Assembly: GCA_021813435.1 (NCBI GenBank)
Contig: JAKAKR010000012.1
Span: 9,982-73,981 of the forward strand
Source of the DNA: Nanobdellota archaeon
Lineage (GTDB): Archaea; Nanobdellota; Nanobdellia; Woesearchaeales; UBA9642
Reading direction: 5' to 3'
Length of the DNA: 64,000 nt
Shown: positions 20,165 through 28,132 of the stretch, one piece after another
Layout of the letters: each line of letters begins with the position of its first letter
How positions within the stretch are numbered: position 1 is the first letter of the stretch
Translations under genes and position numbers: made by a program
Notes under the pieces: generated by a model
Database searches by the model: none
What the model was told of the DNA's origin: nothing
Seen by the model: the letters and a program-made list of their open reading frames with translations, nothing else

Positions 20165-20870
20165 CTTTCTCTCCAGTCATGTCCAGTTTTACGCCAGTCT
20201 TTTCCTCGAGGAATGTCTTGATGCGCTCGGTAAGTCCTGAGTAATGACTCTCTGACTCAATCTTCATGATGGTCTCGACCGCAATGTTTTCCTTAGCAGG
20301 CTCTCCGTCAACCCAGATGAGCCCGTTTTGTCCGACGATGATGCGGCAGCCGGTTGCCTGCTTGATCATAGTCACCATTGATCCCTTCTTTCCGATGATT
20401 CGCGGGACCTTATGGGTATTGACATAGATGATGCGTCCGCCCTTCAGCTTGCGCAGTCCCTGATCACGGACACTCAAGTCGACAAGGTTCTGGCTGGTGA
20501 CGTTCGTTATCTTTGCGACCAGATACTCGTCCAGATTGAAATAACGGGTGAGGTCCTCGTTCTTCTCGATGAATTCGGGCGTCTCTTTGCTGGAGAGCAT
20601 TGCCTGATAGGGGCTATTGATCTCGACGCGCCATCCCATCATGAGAATGTCGATCACTTTTCCGATGACAATATCATTGCGCTTGGGCAGATACTTTCCG
20701 GATACCGGAATGATCTTGAGCACTTTTCCCTCGACATTGACGAGGCCGAGTCGCGATGCGATGATCTTTGTTGCCTGGCGATAGCTGCCATATCCCGGGA
20801 TATATCCCATTCCTTCAGCAAGGGTGTCTCCCGGAACCACCACTTCTTTGTCTTGTACTAATATAGTCAT
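20142..20870 (-). CDS. rrp4: Exosome complex RNA-binding protein Rrp4 (S1 and KH domains).
   Basis: VVPGDTL...G.G and KH-like GKKGSMVTMIKQATGCRIIVGQNGLIWV. The start was set at the ATG at 20870 (MTILVQDKE). Confidence 0.8.
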   Translation of the reverse strand: MTILVQDKEVVVPGDTLAEGMGYIPGYGSYRQATKIIASRLGLVNVEGKVLKIIPVSGKYLPKRNDIVIGKVIDILMMGWRVEINSPYQAMLSSKETPEFIEKNEDLTRYFNLDEYLVAKITNVTSQNLVDLSVRDQGLRKLKGGRIIYVNTHKVPRIIGKKGSMVTMIKQATGCRIIVGQNGLIWVDGEPAKENIAVETIMKIESESHYSGLTERIKTFLEEKTGVKLDMTGEKGDYNGLQ

Positions 20871-20950
20871 GTATATCAACTCCGTGTTGTTTAAGCGTGA
20901 AAAGCGTGCGGGTGTAATGATGCGGCACGCATTGCGCGCCCGCGATGGCA

Positions 20951-21676
20951 TTACTGCACAATTGTTATCTCAACACCTCCATGGGTTCGTTTGTTGAGTT
21001 CGTCCATAATATCAGTGTAGATCCCTGCAGGGACTTCGATGGTTACAAAATAGCATCCATCCTCGAGCCATTCATCTTTGAGGATTTTTCCGTAACTCTT
21101 GATGAGCGCATAATTTTTCTGCGCGTATTTTGCGCTGATATGGATCTGCAATTTTTTTGTCTCGAACTTGATGGGAAGGATCGGTTTTAACTGCTTAAGG
21201 ATTGCCTGCACCTGATCGTCAGCACTCTTCTTGTCGTCGATTCTGATCTTTGCCTCCTCAAAGGCGTTCGTGATCCGGGTGATGGGATGGGGAAGGTTGT
21301 TGTCAGGATTGATGGCATTGCGATGGATGATCTCGATGATCCTGTTGCGTTTGAGCGCTGCAAGTGTCTTGCGGTACTGCTCGCTGAGCTGCAATTCCCC
21401 GTGCGTGATGATGTATGTTGCGATTTCATCCTCGGAAAGCACCCCGAATGCGACTGCAAGATCATTCTTTGCGCTAAAGAGCCCTTTTTTTGCATTCTCA
21501 AAGATATGCTCGGCCATGACGACTTCGCGGACATCATCAAGCGTATGGTTCTTGTAGGCGATCACTTTATCCGGATCGATGACAACCTCGAAATTCTTCC
21601 CATTCTTTTTGATCCGTGCAACATTGATATGGATCCGTTCTTTGATGGGTTTTTTGGAAAAATTTTGCGTTGCCAT
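20951..21676 (-). CDS. Ribosome maturation protein SBDS/Sdo1.
   Basis: N-terminal IHINVARIKKNGKNFEVVIDPDK. Length is 241 aa. It sits in the exosome superoperon. Confidence 0.8.
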   Translation of the reverse strand: MATQNFSKKPIKERIHINVARIKKNGKNFEVVIDPDKVIAYKNHTLDDVREVVMAEHIFENAKKGLFSAKNDLAVAFGVLSEDEIATYIITHGELQLSEQYRKTLAALKRNRIIEIIHRNAINPDNNLPHPITRITNAFEEAKIRIDDKKSADDQVQAILKQLKPILPIKFETKKLQIHISAKYAQKNYALIKSYGKILKDEWLEDGCYFVTIEVPAGIYTDIMDELNKRTHGGVEITIVQ

Positions 21677-21730
21677 GGTTTATAGCATACTTATATAATT
21701 TTGTACTTACATGATTATTTTTTTACATGA

Positions 21731-22483
21731 TTATTTTTTCTTGTCCTTGGAATCAATGGATGCATAGATCTTTGCGATCTTGTCCTTGGATATCTTGGTA
21801 TACTTCTTGTCCTCGCTACCGATAAAGACGCAGTCAATACGGTCTGGCTCGAAATTCTCGTTGAGCACTTTCTTTAATGCACTGATTGCAAGGCGCATGC
21901 CTTCATCAAGTGTCATGGAATCCTTGTATTCTTTGGAGAGTATTGCCTTGACATCAATTTCTCCCTCGCCGATTGCCGTTGCCTTGTATTGGAAATAGAT
22001 CCCTGTCGGGTCAGTCTCGAAGAGTTTGATGCCGTCCTCATCGCCACCTGCGATAAGAAGTGAGACCCCGAATGGTCGCAGGCCGCCGGATTGGGTGCAG
22101 AGCTGCGCGAGGTTTGCAATATCCTTGACGACCGTGAGTACGTCGATTGGCGTATCGTAGAGTACGCGGTGTTCCTGCGCTTTGAGCTGCGCGCGCTCGA
22201 CCAGTACCCGCGCGTCAGAGAGTATTCCTGCAGCAGTGATTGCGATGTGATCATCAGCAAGCCAGATTTTTTCAAGAGCATCCGCAACAATGAGTTTATC
22301 AACGACACGTTTGTCGGTTACGAGCAATACGCCGTCCTTGCAGGTAATGCCGATTGCAGTCGATCCTTGTCGGACTGTCTTTTTTGCATATTCGACCTGG
22401 AGCAATCGCCCGTCAGGGCTGAACATGGTTATTGCACGGTCATACCCCATCATCTGGTGTTGTAATGGTTGTACATCTGTCAT
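21731..22483 (-). CDS. psmA: Proteasome subunit alpha.
   Basis: YDRAITMFSPDGRLLQVEYA is the alpha-subunit signature. Length is 250 aa. Confidence 0.9.
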   Translation of the reverse strand: MTDVQPLQHQMMGYDRAITMFSPDGRLLQVEYAKKTVRQGSTAIGITCKDGVLLVTDKRVVDKLIVADALEKIWLADDHIAITAAGILSDARVLVERAQLKAQEHRVLYDTPIDVLTVVKDIANLAQLCTQSGGLRPFGVSLLIAGGDEDGIKLFETDPTGIYFQYKATAIGEGEIDVKAILSKEYKDSMTLDEGMRLAISALKKVLNENFEPDRIDCVFIGSEDKKYTKISKDKIAKIYASIDSKDKKK

Positions 22484-22568
22484 AGTGTTTACCTCACGTT
22501 GTGTTTATCAGCAATTTTATCAGCAATGTTTATCGACAATTAATAGATTATTATCCGTCCGTATATCA

Positions 22569-22967
22569 TTATCCGTCCATCTTCTCTTTTGCGCGTTGCG
22601 CAATTCCTGAAACGGCAATGGTTTTAATCGTGACCGGAACTGTGCGGCCTGCAGGACCTGCAGCATGAATGAGCCCCAGACACGTCTTGACTTTATCGAC
22701 GCTGGTATGGGTGACTCGGATGATGCCGCGCATCTTTGCATCATGATACTTTACGGGCGCAAGCCCTGCTGCTGCGCCATCAAAGATCCCGAGCATTGAC
22801 TGTACCTGCATAAGGATATCATCGTATACATCCTTGAAATGCACAGGCGTATGCGCGGTGATACACTCAAAGACAATATAGCGTTGGCGTTCCTTGAGTG
22901 TCGGCAATAATACCTTTTGTTTGTGCGGTATCATGTTGTGGTATGAGAAAGCATCAGCATAGCACAT
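22569..22967 (-). CDS. RNase P protein subunit Pop5 (Rpp14/Rnp2-like).
   Basis: A ~120-130 aa ORF immediately upstream of psmA. It contains KERQRYIVFECI, matching the Pop5 RYL.FE core. The start could be 22967 or 22934. Confidence 0.55.
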   Translation of the reverse strand: MCYADAFSYHNMIPHKQKVLLPTLKERQRYIVFECITAHTPVHFKDVYDDILMQVQSMLGIFDGAAAGLAPVKYHDAKMRGIIRVTHTSVDKVKTCLGLIHAAGPAGRTVPVTIKTIAVSGIAQRAKEKMDG

Positions 22968-23071
22968 ATGCTCTCATCGGCTCCATCATTCTGCAAGAAC
23001 AAAGAAAGCCAAGGTATTTATAAATATTATGGATGGGTGCTCTGCGCGGTATCGCTCAAAAATTAAAAACC

Positions 23072-23085
23072 TTTAAATAATAGGG
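23072..23085 (+). promoter_or_regulatory. TATA-like element (TTTAAATA) ~23 nt upstream of the ATG at 23101, suggesting a near-leaderless transcript.
   Basis: The sequence reads cctttaaataatagg. Confidence 0.3.
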
Positions 23086-23100
23086 TTCGTGGGCTAAAGT

Positions 23101-23907
23101 ATGGACGGGATCATCATCAGCATCATCGCATTCTTTGTCGTGATCATCGCACTCATCATTGTATTCCGTATCCTGCGCAGCATCCTTATCTTCCGGCTGC
23201 TCTTTCGCATTCTTTCCATCGCGTTCCTTCTCCTCTTTATCCTCTGCATCATTGTCGCGTATGCAGTCATCAAGGATGCAAATGACATGAAGAATAATTT
23301 CCAGAATTCCACGAACCTCATCCTGCTCAAGAACGGCACCATGCTCCTGAGCGGTGTCGCGCTCAATATCAATGCAGACAAACTCACCCCGCTCAATACC
23401 ACAACCATTGATGAACTCCAAAAATCCTATACAGGTGATCGCGCAAACATCGCGCATAACCGGGAATATTACAAGATCATCATCATGGACATCAGCGTTA
23501 TTGATGCCATGCCGGAGAATACCAGCATCGAAAAAGGGCTTACCCTGAACAAGTCAGAGATCATGCAGGTGCTCACGAGCAGTGACGCAAAGACAACGCT
23601 TGCAACAATCATCGCAGCACGACAGAAGATATCCTCAACTGTTGTCGCATCACAATTGTCCATGGATTCTGCCGGCATCAAGGCATATCTCACGACTGCA
23701 ATTATCACGTATTACTTCAGCCCTGACCACATCAATGCACTGTTCCAGGAGTACCGCAACGGATCAGTCGAGGTCTATCAGGAGACTGCAATCTTTATGC
23801 TCATCAAGTTTGCGCCGCAAAGCATGATCCAATCCCTTGTGAACCGCACAGGAAATAGCAGTATAACAAGCAGCATCACTCAAAAAGTAACCCAGGTCAT
23901 TGGATAA
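23101..23907 (+). CDS. Hypothetical membrane protein with an N-terminal double TM and a sequon-rich extracellular domain.
   Basis: A 268 aa ORF with hydrophobic residues 5-60. It was preferred over the antisense acidic ORF at 23056-23457. Confidence 0.45.
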   Translation: MDGIIISIIAFFVVIIALIIVFRILRSILIFRLLFRILSIAFLLLFILCIIVAYAVIKDANDMKNNFQNSTNLILLKNGTMLLSGVALNINADKLTPLNTTTIDELQKSYTGDRANIAHNREYYKIIIMDISVIDAMPENTSIEKGLTLNKSEIMQVLTSSDAKTTLATIIAARQKISSTVVASQLSMDSAGIKAYLTTAIITYYFSPDHINALFQEYRNGSVEVYQETAIFMLIKFAPQSMIQSLVNRTGNSSITSSITQKVTQVIG

Positions 23908-24212
23908 GAAGAGAATTCTCTACTACTATATATACCGGACATTTCTCACTGACGATATTGAAATCATCCTCGCTTCGCCGCGGTTGCCATCTGTTCGCTC
24001 TCAACGATGTTTGCAGGATATGCTCATTCATCTTGTCATAAAAATCGAAGATTTTTAGGAAATTAAACACATTCTTTGTTTAATTTAATCTTCTGAGCAT
24101 TCTATGCACTATGAATATTCGCTCACCTGAGGATGGCAATTATGATCTCAGCATAGTTCTTCCCACCAATACATTTATATAATACTGCGATTAGAAGGAA
24201 TTGAAGAGGTGA

Positions 24213-24659
24213 ATGATGGGTATCCTAGATTTTTTTAAGAAGAGGAATCCAGAACCTGTAGCTCCGGACCTGAATCTTGACATGAATGCAGGACTTCCCG
24301 GCATGCCTAATCTTGATCCTGGACTCGGACCAGAATTTGACCAGCACCCGGCAGATTTGAGCGGGGGAACAAATCCCTCGAGCATGAATATGCAGTCTGC
24401 GACAAACCTTTCCAGTATGGGATTCCAGTCAGGGTCACAACAAACCGCAGCAATGATGGGCGTGGCAGGCGGAACGCAACCCACATACGCATCCTACCCG
24501 CAACAACCCCCGGCAGACCTGCAGAAGGATTTGCAGATACTCTCACTCAAACTTGATGCAATCAAATCACAACTCGACTCAGTCAACCAGCGGGTCTCAA
24601 CAATTGAACGTATCGCACTCAAAGATGAACAGCAGATGCAACAAAAACGGTGGTATTGA
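24213..24659 (+). CDS. Hypothetical protein with a disordered Pro/Gly/Ser-rich N-terminus and a C-terminal coiled coil.
   Basis: A 148 aa ORF with heptad-like LQILSLKLDAIKSQLDSVNQRVSTIERIALKDEQ. It overlaps the lspA start. Confidence 0.4.
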   Translation: MMGILDFFKKRNPEPVAPDLNLDMNAGLPGMPNLDPGLGPEFDQHPADLSGGTNPSSMNMQSATNLSSMGFQSGSQQTAAMMGVAGGTQPTYASYPQQPPADLQKDLQILSLKLDAIKSQLDSVNQRVSTIERIALKDEQQMQQKRWY

Positions 24660-25245
24660 TACCATAACACCCGCAAGAACTCCTGCAAAGACTGCAGCGA
24701 TATCAAGCGGTCTTCGGGCAGGCGGGTATTATTATGCCATCGTATTTCTAATCCTTATCATCATTGATCGCCTGACAAAGATTTGGGCAGCGCAACTCTC
24801 TCATGAACAGGATTATGGGATATTCTCCTTTGTGTATGTGACCAATACTGGCGCAGGATTCAGTATCTTTACCGGGCAGAACACGCTTCTCATCATGCTC
24901 TCACTTATTGTTCTTGGACTACTCATCTTTTTTTCTTCGTCATTGCACCGGACCGGTGTATGGGTGGTTGCTGCAGGACTTATCGGCAATCTTATTGATC
25001 GCGTGAGTTATGGGTATGTTATTGATTTTATCAATTTCAAATTCTGGCCAGTATTCAATGTCGCAGACATGATGATTGTATTGGGAGTCATTGCGCTGAT
25101 AATTGATTTATGGAGAAAAGATCGCGCAGTTTCCGGCAAAGAAAAGAGTGGATCAAAACACATGCAGCGTAAAACATCAGGGAAAAGTAATGCTCAAAAA
25201 AGATCCCGAACAGTTATCAGAAAAAAGAAGCACACACAAAGATAG
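24625..25245 (+). CDS. lspA: Lipoprotein signal peptidase (signal peptidase II, peptidase family A8) with a basic C-terminal tail.
   Basis: All LspA blocks are present: IIDRLTK, NTGAGFSIF, GNLIDRVSYGYVIDFINF and FNVAD. Both catalytic Asp are conserved. The start was set at the in-frame ATG at 24625. Confidence 0.8.
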   Translation: MNSRCNKNGGIDTITPARTPAKTAAISSGLRAGGYYYAIVFLILIIIDRLTKIWAAQLSHEQDYGIFSFVYVTNTGAGFSIFTGQNTLLIMLSLIVLGLLIFFSSSLHRTGVWVVAAGLIGNLIDRVSYGYVIDFINFKFWPVFNVADMMIVLGVIALIIDLWRKDRAVSGKEKSGSKHMQRKTSGKSNAQKRSRTVIRKKKHTQR

Positions 25246-25282
25246 AAGATGAGAATATACTAGCGATATTCGACGATGATTT

Positions 25283-25615
25283 CTAGAATTCGTCAAGATC
25301 CTGGAGTTTGTCCAGAAATCCATTGCGCTCAAGCCATTGCACCTGGATTGGCCTATACTTGAAGATAATGTCCCCTTTTTCGTCGCCATCAAATTCCCAG
25401 GGCTCAATAAGGACCACATCGTTCTCGCGGACCCATAATTGGCGTTTTAATCGTCCAGGAATCCTGCAGTTCCTTGTCTTTCCATCAAGACACCGGACCT
25501 TTGCACGGCTGCCGCCAAGGCGCTGTTCAAGAATGCCCAGCACTTCTTTTCCGCGGGGTGTGCGCACACGCGTGAATTCTTCAGTGCCTTCGGTTGATGG
25601 TGCATTAAATGCCAT
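25283..25615 (-). CDS. eif1a: Translation initiation factor 1A (aIF-1A/eIF-1A).
   Basis: [37 protein letters not shown]...[10 protein letters not shown]...KGDIIFKY. Confidence 0.8.
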   Translation of the reverse strand: MAFNAPSTEGTEEFTRVRTPRGKEVLGILEQRLGGSRAKVRCLDGKTRNCRIPGRLKRQLWVRENDVVLIEPWEFDGDEKGDIIFKYRPIQVQWLERNGFLDKLQDLDEF

Positions 25616-25913
25616 GATTCCAGGAAAAATGTCCCACACTTTATATAGCTTTTGATTTAGTGGGGGTGTTCAAAAAGTACGCCAATGCCACTATGCGAGC
25701 ATCGTAAAACAATTTTGCGAGCTGACCTAAGATATTGAACAAAGTAAACAAAGTTTACTTGGTTTCCTAAAAATTGAGTATCAATTTTTTTGACAAGAGT
25801 AAATGTCAGCGATCAAAACACGATACGCATGCGAGCGGCATGGCGTAAAAAAATATTTTCAACATACCTTATCACTTAAATAAATTTTTAAACCAAGAAA
25901 AAATCCAAATATC

Positions 25914-26441
25914 ATGGGACGGATGGATACGCACACAATCAAAAATCATGCACCGATTGGTAAACGGATCCTTGCATTCATCGCAGATTTTCTCATCATT
26001 GACATTGTGATTTTCTGGGCATTCCAGAATGCGTTTGCGCAGGTGTTTTTCGCAAAAACATTCAAAGAGGCCATGCAATCAGCACAGTCCATTAACCCAG
26101 CAGTATACTTTCTGCTCCTCGTTGTCGCACTGCTCATGCTCTTCTATCACACCTTTTTCGAATATTATCTCGGGCAGACCCCGGGGCAGATGTTCTTCAC
26201 TATCCGCGTGATTGATCGCGTCAAAGGTGAAGTCGGGTTCTGGAAGGCGCTTACGCGCAACCTCTATATCCTCCCCTTTTTCCCCTTTTACATCTTCTGG
26301 ATCATTGAACCGATTTATCTCGCGTTTTACAAGGAACGATTCCTCGAGCGCATCACGAACACTGCAACAATCAATGCAGATGCGTATAGCACGCCTGAGA
26401 ACAGGTCATGGAAATCGTATCCATTCAAGAAAGTAAAATAA
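25914..26441 (+). CDS. RDD-family membrane protein.
   Basis: KRILAFIADFLIID...GQTPGQMFFTIRV is the RDD signature. It has 3 TM helices. Confidence 0.6.
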   Translation: MGRMDTHTIKNHAPIGKRILAFIADFLIIDIVIFWAFQNAFAQVFFAKTFKEAMQSAQSINPAVYFLLLVVALLMLFYHTFFEYYLGQTPGQMFFTIRVIDRVKGEVGFWKALTRNLYILPFFPFYIFWIIEPIYLAFYKERFLERITNTATINADAYSTPENRSWKSYPFKKVK

Positions 26442-26465
26442 AAAGAAGAACAGGCAGGTGAATCC

Positions 26466-27392
26466 ATGAAAGACGAACAACCCAAAAAACGATTATGGAC
26501 CATGGTGTGGATACTCCTCATCCTCTTGGTATTTAGCGTACTCATCGCTGCAGTATTTACCGGCATCGGATCGCAGGATACAAATTATAATACTGCAATC
26601 ATCGGAATCAACGGCGAGATCACCAGTGACGATAGCGGATCATTCTTTGCAGGAGCAAGCGCGAGTTCACCGACGGTCATCGCTGAGCTTGAGCGTGCAC
26701 GCACTGACCCGCAGGTCAAGGCAATCATTCTTGAGATCAATAGCCCGGGCGGAAGCCCGGTCGCAACTGATGAGATAAGCGAGGAGATCAAGGATATCCG
26801 CAATAACAATATCACTGTTGTTGCCTGGATCCGCGAGGAAGGCGCATCAGGCGCATACTGGATCTCGACTGCAAGCGAACATATCATCGCAAACCGGATG
26901 AGTATTGTCGGATCCATCGGGGTCACGGGATCCTATATTGAATGGTATGGACTCATGAACCGTTACAATGTCACCTACAAGCGGCTTGTCGCCGGAGAAT
27001 TCAAGGACACCGGAACACCATACCGACCCATGAGTTCAGCAGAAGAAGCGATGCTCCAGTCAAAACTGGACAAATTGCACGAATATTTTATCAGTGCAGT
27101 TGCCGCAAACCGTCATATGAGTGTCGCAAAAGTGCGCGATCTTGCAACCGGAGAGATATTTTTGGGTGTCGAGGCAAAAGAGAATGGGCTTATCGACGAA
27201 CTCGGGGGAAAACGCGAGGCAGAGGCGTATCTTGCAAAAAGATTGAATACCACGATCACGACACGGGAATTTGTTCCTGACAAAGGATTTTTCGAACGGC
27301 TGATGAGCGCCATGAACCAGAACAGTTTTTTCATGGGTGAAGGCATTGCATCTGCAGTACTCAAGCAAAACGCACTCAAGATACAGACATAA
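26466..27392 (+). CDS. sppA: Signal peptide peptidase SppA (36K type, S49 family).
   Basis: N-terminal TM, INSPGGS serine motif and the GEFKD/K region. Length is 308 aa. Confidence 0.7.
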   Translation: MKDEQPKKRLWTMVWILLILLVFSVLIAAVFTGIGSQDTNYNTAIIGINGEITSDDSGSFFAGASASSPTVIAELERARTDPQVKAIILEINSPGGSPVATDEISEEIKDIRNNNITVVAWIREEGASGAYWISTASEHIIANRMSIVGSIGVTGSYIEWYGLMNRYNVTYKRLVAGEFKDTGTPYRPMSSAEEAMLQSKLDKLHEYFISAVAANRHMSVAKVRDLATGEIFLGVEAKENGLIDELGGKREAEAYLAKRLNTTITTREFVPDKGFFERLMSAMNQNSFFMGEGIASAVLKQNALKIQT

Positions 27393-27405
27393 AGAGGAAT
27401 AAATC

Positions 27406-27648
27406 ATGGGCCTACGTGAATCATTGCGGAAATTGAAAGAAGAGGAAGAGGCGCAAAAGAAACTCAGCGTCAAGCGCGAAGTAAAAAAGGAACTCACCAA
27501 ATTAAAAAATCAGATCAAGACAACAACAAAAAAATGCGTCATGTGCAGCAGGGACGCGCAGTATTCCATCAAGGGTTCCAGCGAATGGTATTGCAAGGAT
27601 TGCGCAAAGGAATGCTTTGGGGATTTAAGCCATCTGAAAAAAACATAA
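27406..27648 (+). CDS. Small zinc-ribbon protein with a Lys/Glu-rich N-terminus.
   Basis: CVMCS...CKDC. Length is 80 aa. Confidence 0.35.
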   Translation: MGLRESLRKLKEEEEAQKKLSVKREVKKELTKLKNQIKTTTKKCVMCSRDAQYSIKGSSEWYCKDCAKECFGDLSHLKKT

Positions 27649-27661
27649 TCCAGAACATACC

Positions 27662-28132
27662 ATGGAACTTAACCAACTCATAACACTGGTGAAAAAAATC
27701 GTAGCTGAAGCATGCAAGCTTAAAGATGCACACACTACTGCAAAGCATGCGCCAGTAAATTATGCATGCATATTCACCCAAAATCAAAAAGAATACGAAG
27801 CATTAGTCGCAACTGCAAACAAGATAGGTGCAGTGGTGAAAGAAACACCATCAGGTCTACTTTTTCATATACCGCCCATAAACACTGTTGCAGGCGATTT
27901 ACGATTAGTAAAAATAAGGTTGCCTGACGTCACAAGACCTGAAAGAGGAGATGCAGATTTTACTATTCTTGATTACCATGTATTCAAGAAAAAATATTTA
28001 TCAAAAAAAGGTTTCAAATTAATACCGCGAGAAAATTTTGAGATGATTGAACTCATGAATGCCACATTCAATGTCCGCGTATATTTTTCTTATCCTCCGC
28101 TAGGCGAGCAACTCAAGATTACAAAAAAATAA
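27662..28132 (+). CDS. Hypothetical protein.
   Basis: A 156 aa ORF with no motif recognised. Confidence 0.3.
   Translation: MELNQLITLVKKIVAEACKLKDAHTTAKHAPVNYACIFTQNQKEYEALVATANKIGAVVKETPSGLLFHIPPINTVAGDLRLVKIRLPDVTRPERGDADFTILDYHVFKKKYLSKKGFKLIPRENFEMIELMNATFNVRVYFSYPPLGEQLKITKK

Noticed and set aside
23056-23457. A minus-strand 133-aa highly acidic ORF.
   Set aside because: It is antisense to a more plausible TM-containing plus-strand ORF with an upstream TATA element. Its composition looks like a mirror of hydrophobic coding.
25656-25913. The ~260-bp aIF-1A/RDD intergenic region and the 36630-36742 gap were inspected for rRNA/RNase P/SRP RNA candidates.
   Set aside because: No conserved ncRNA signature motifs were recognisable by eye. 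Only tRNAs were confidently found.
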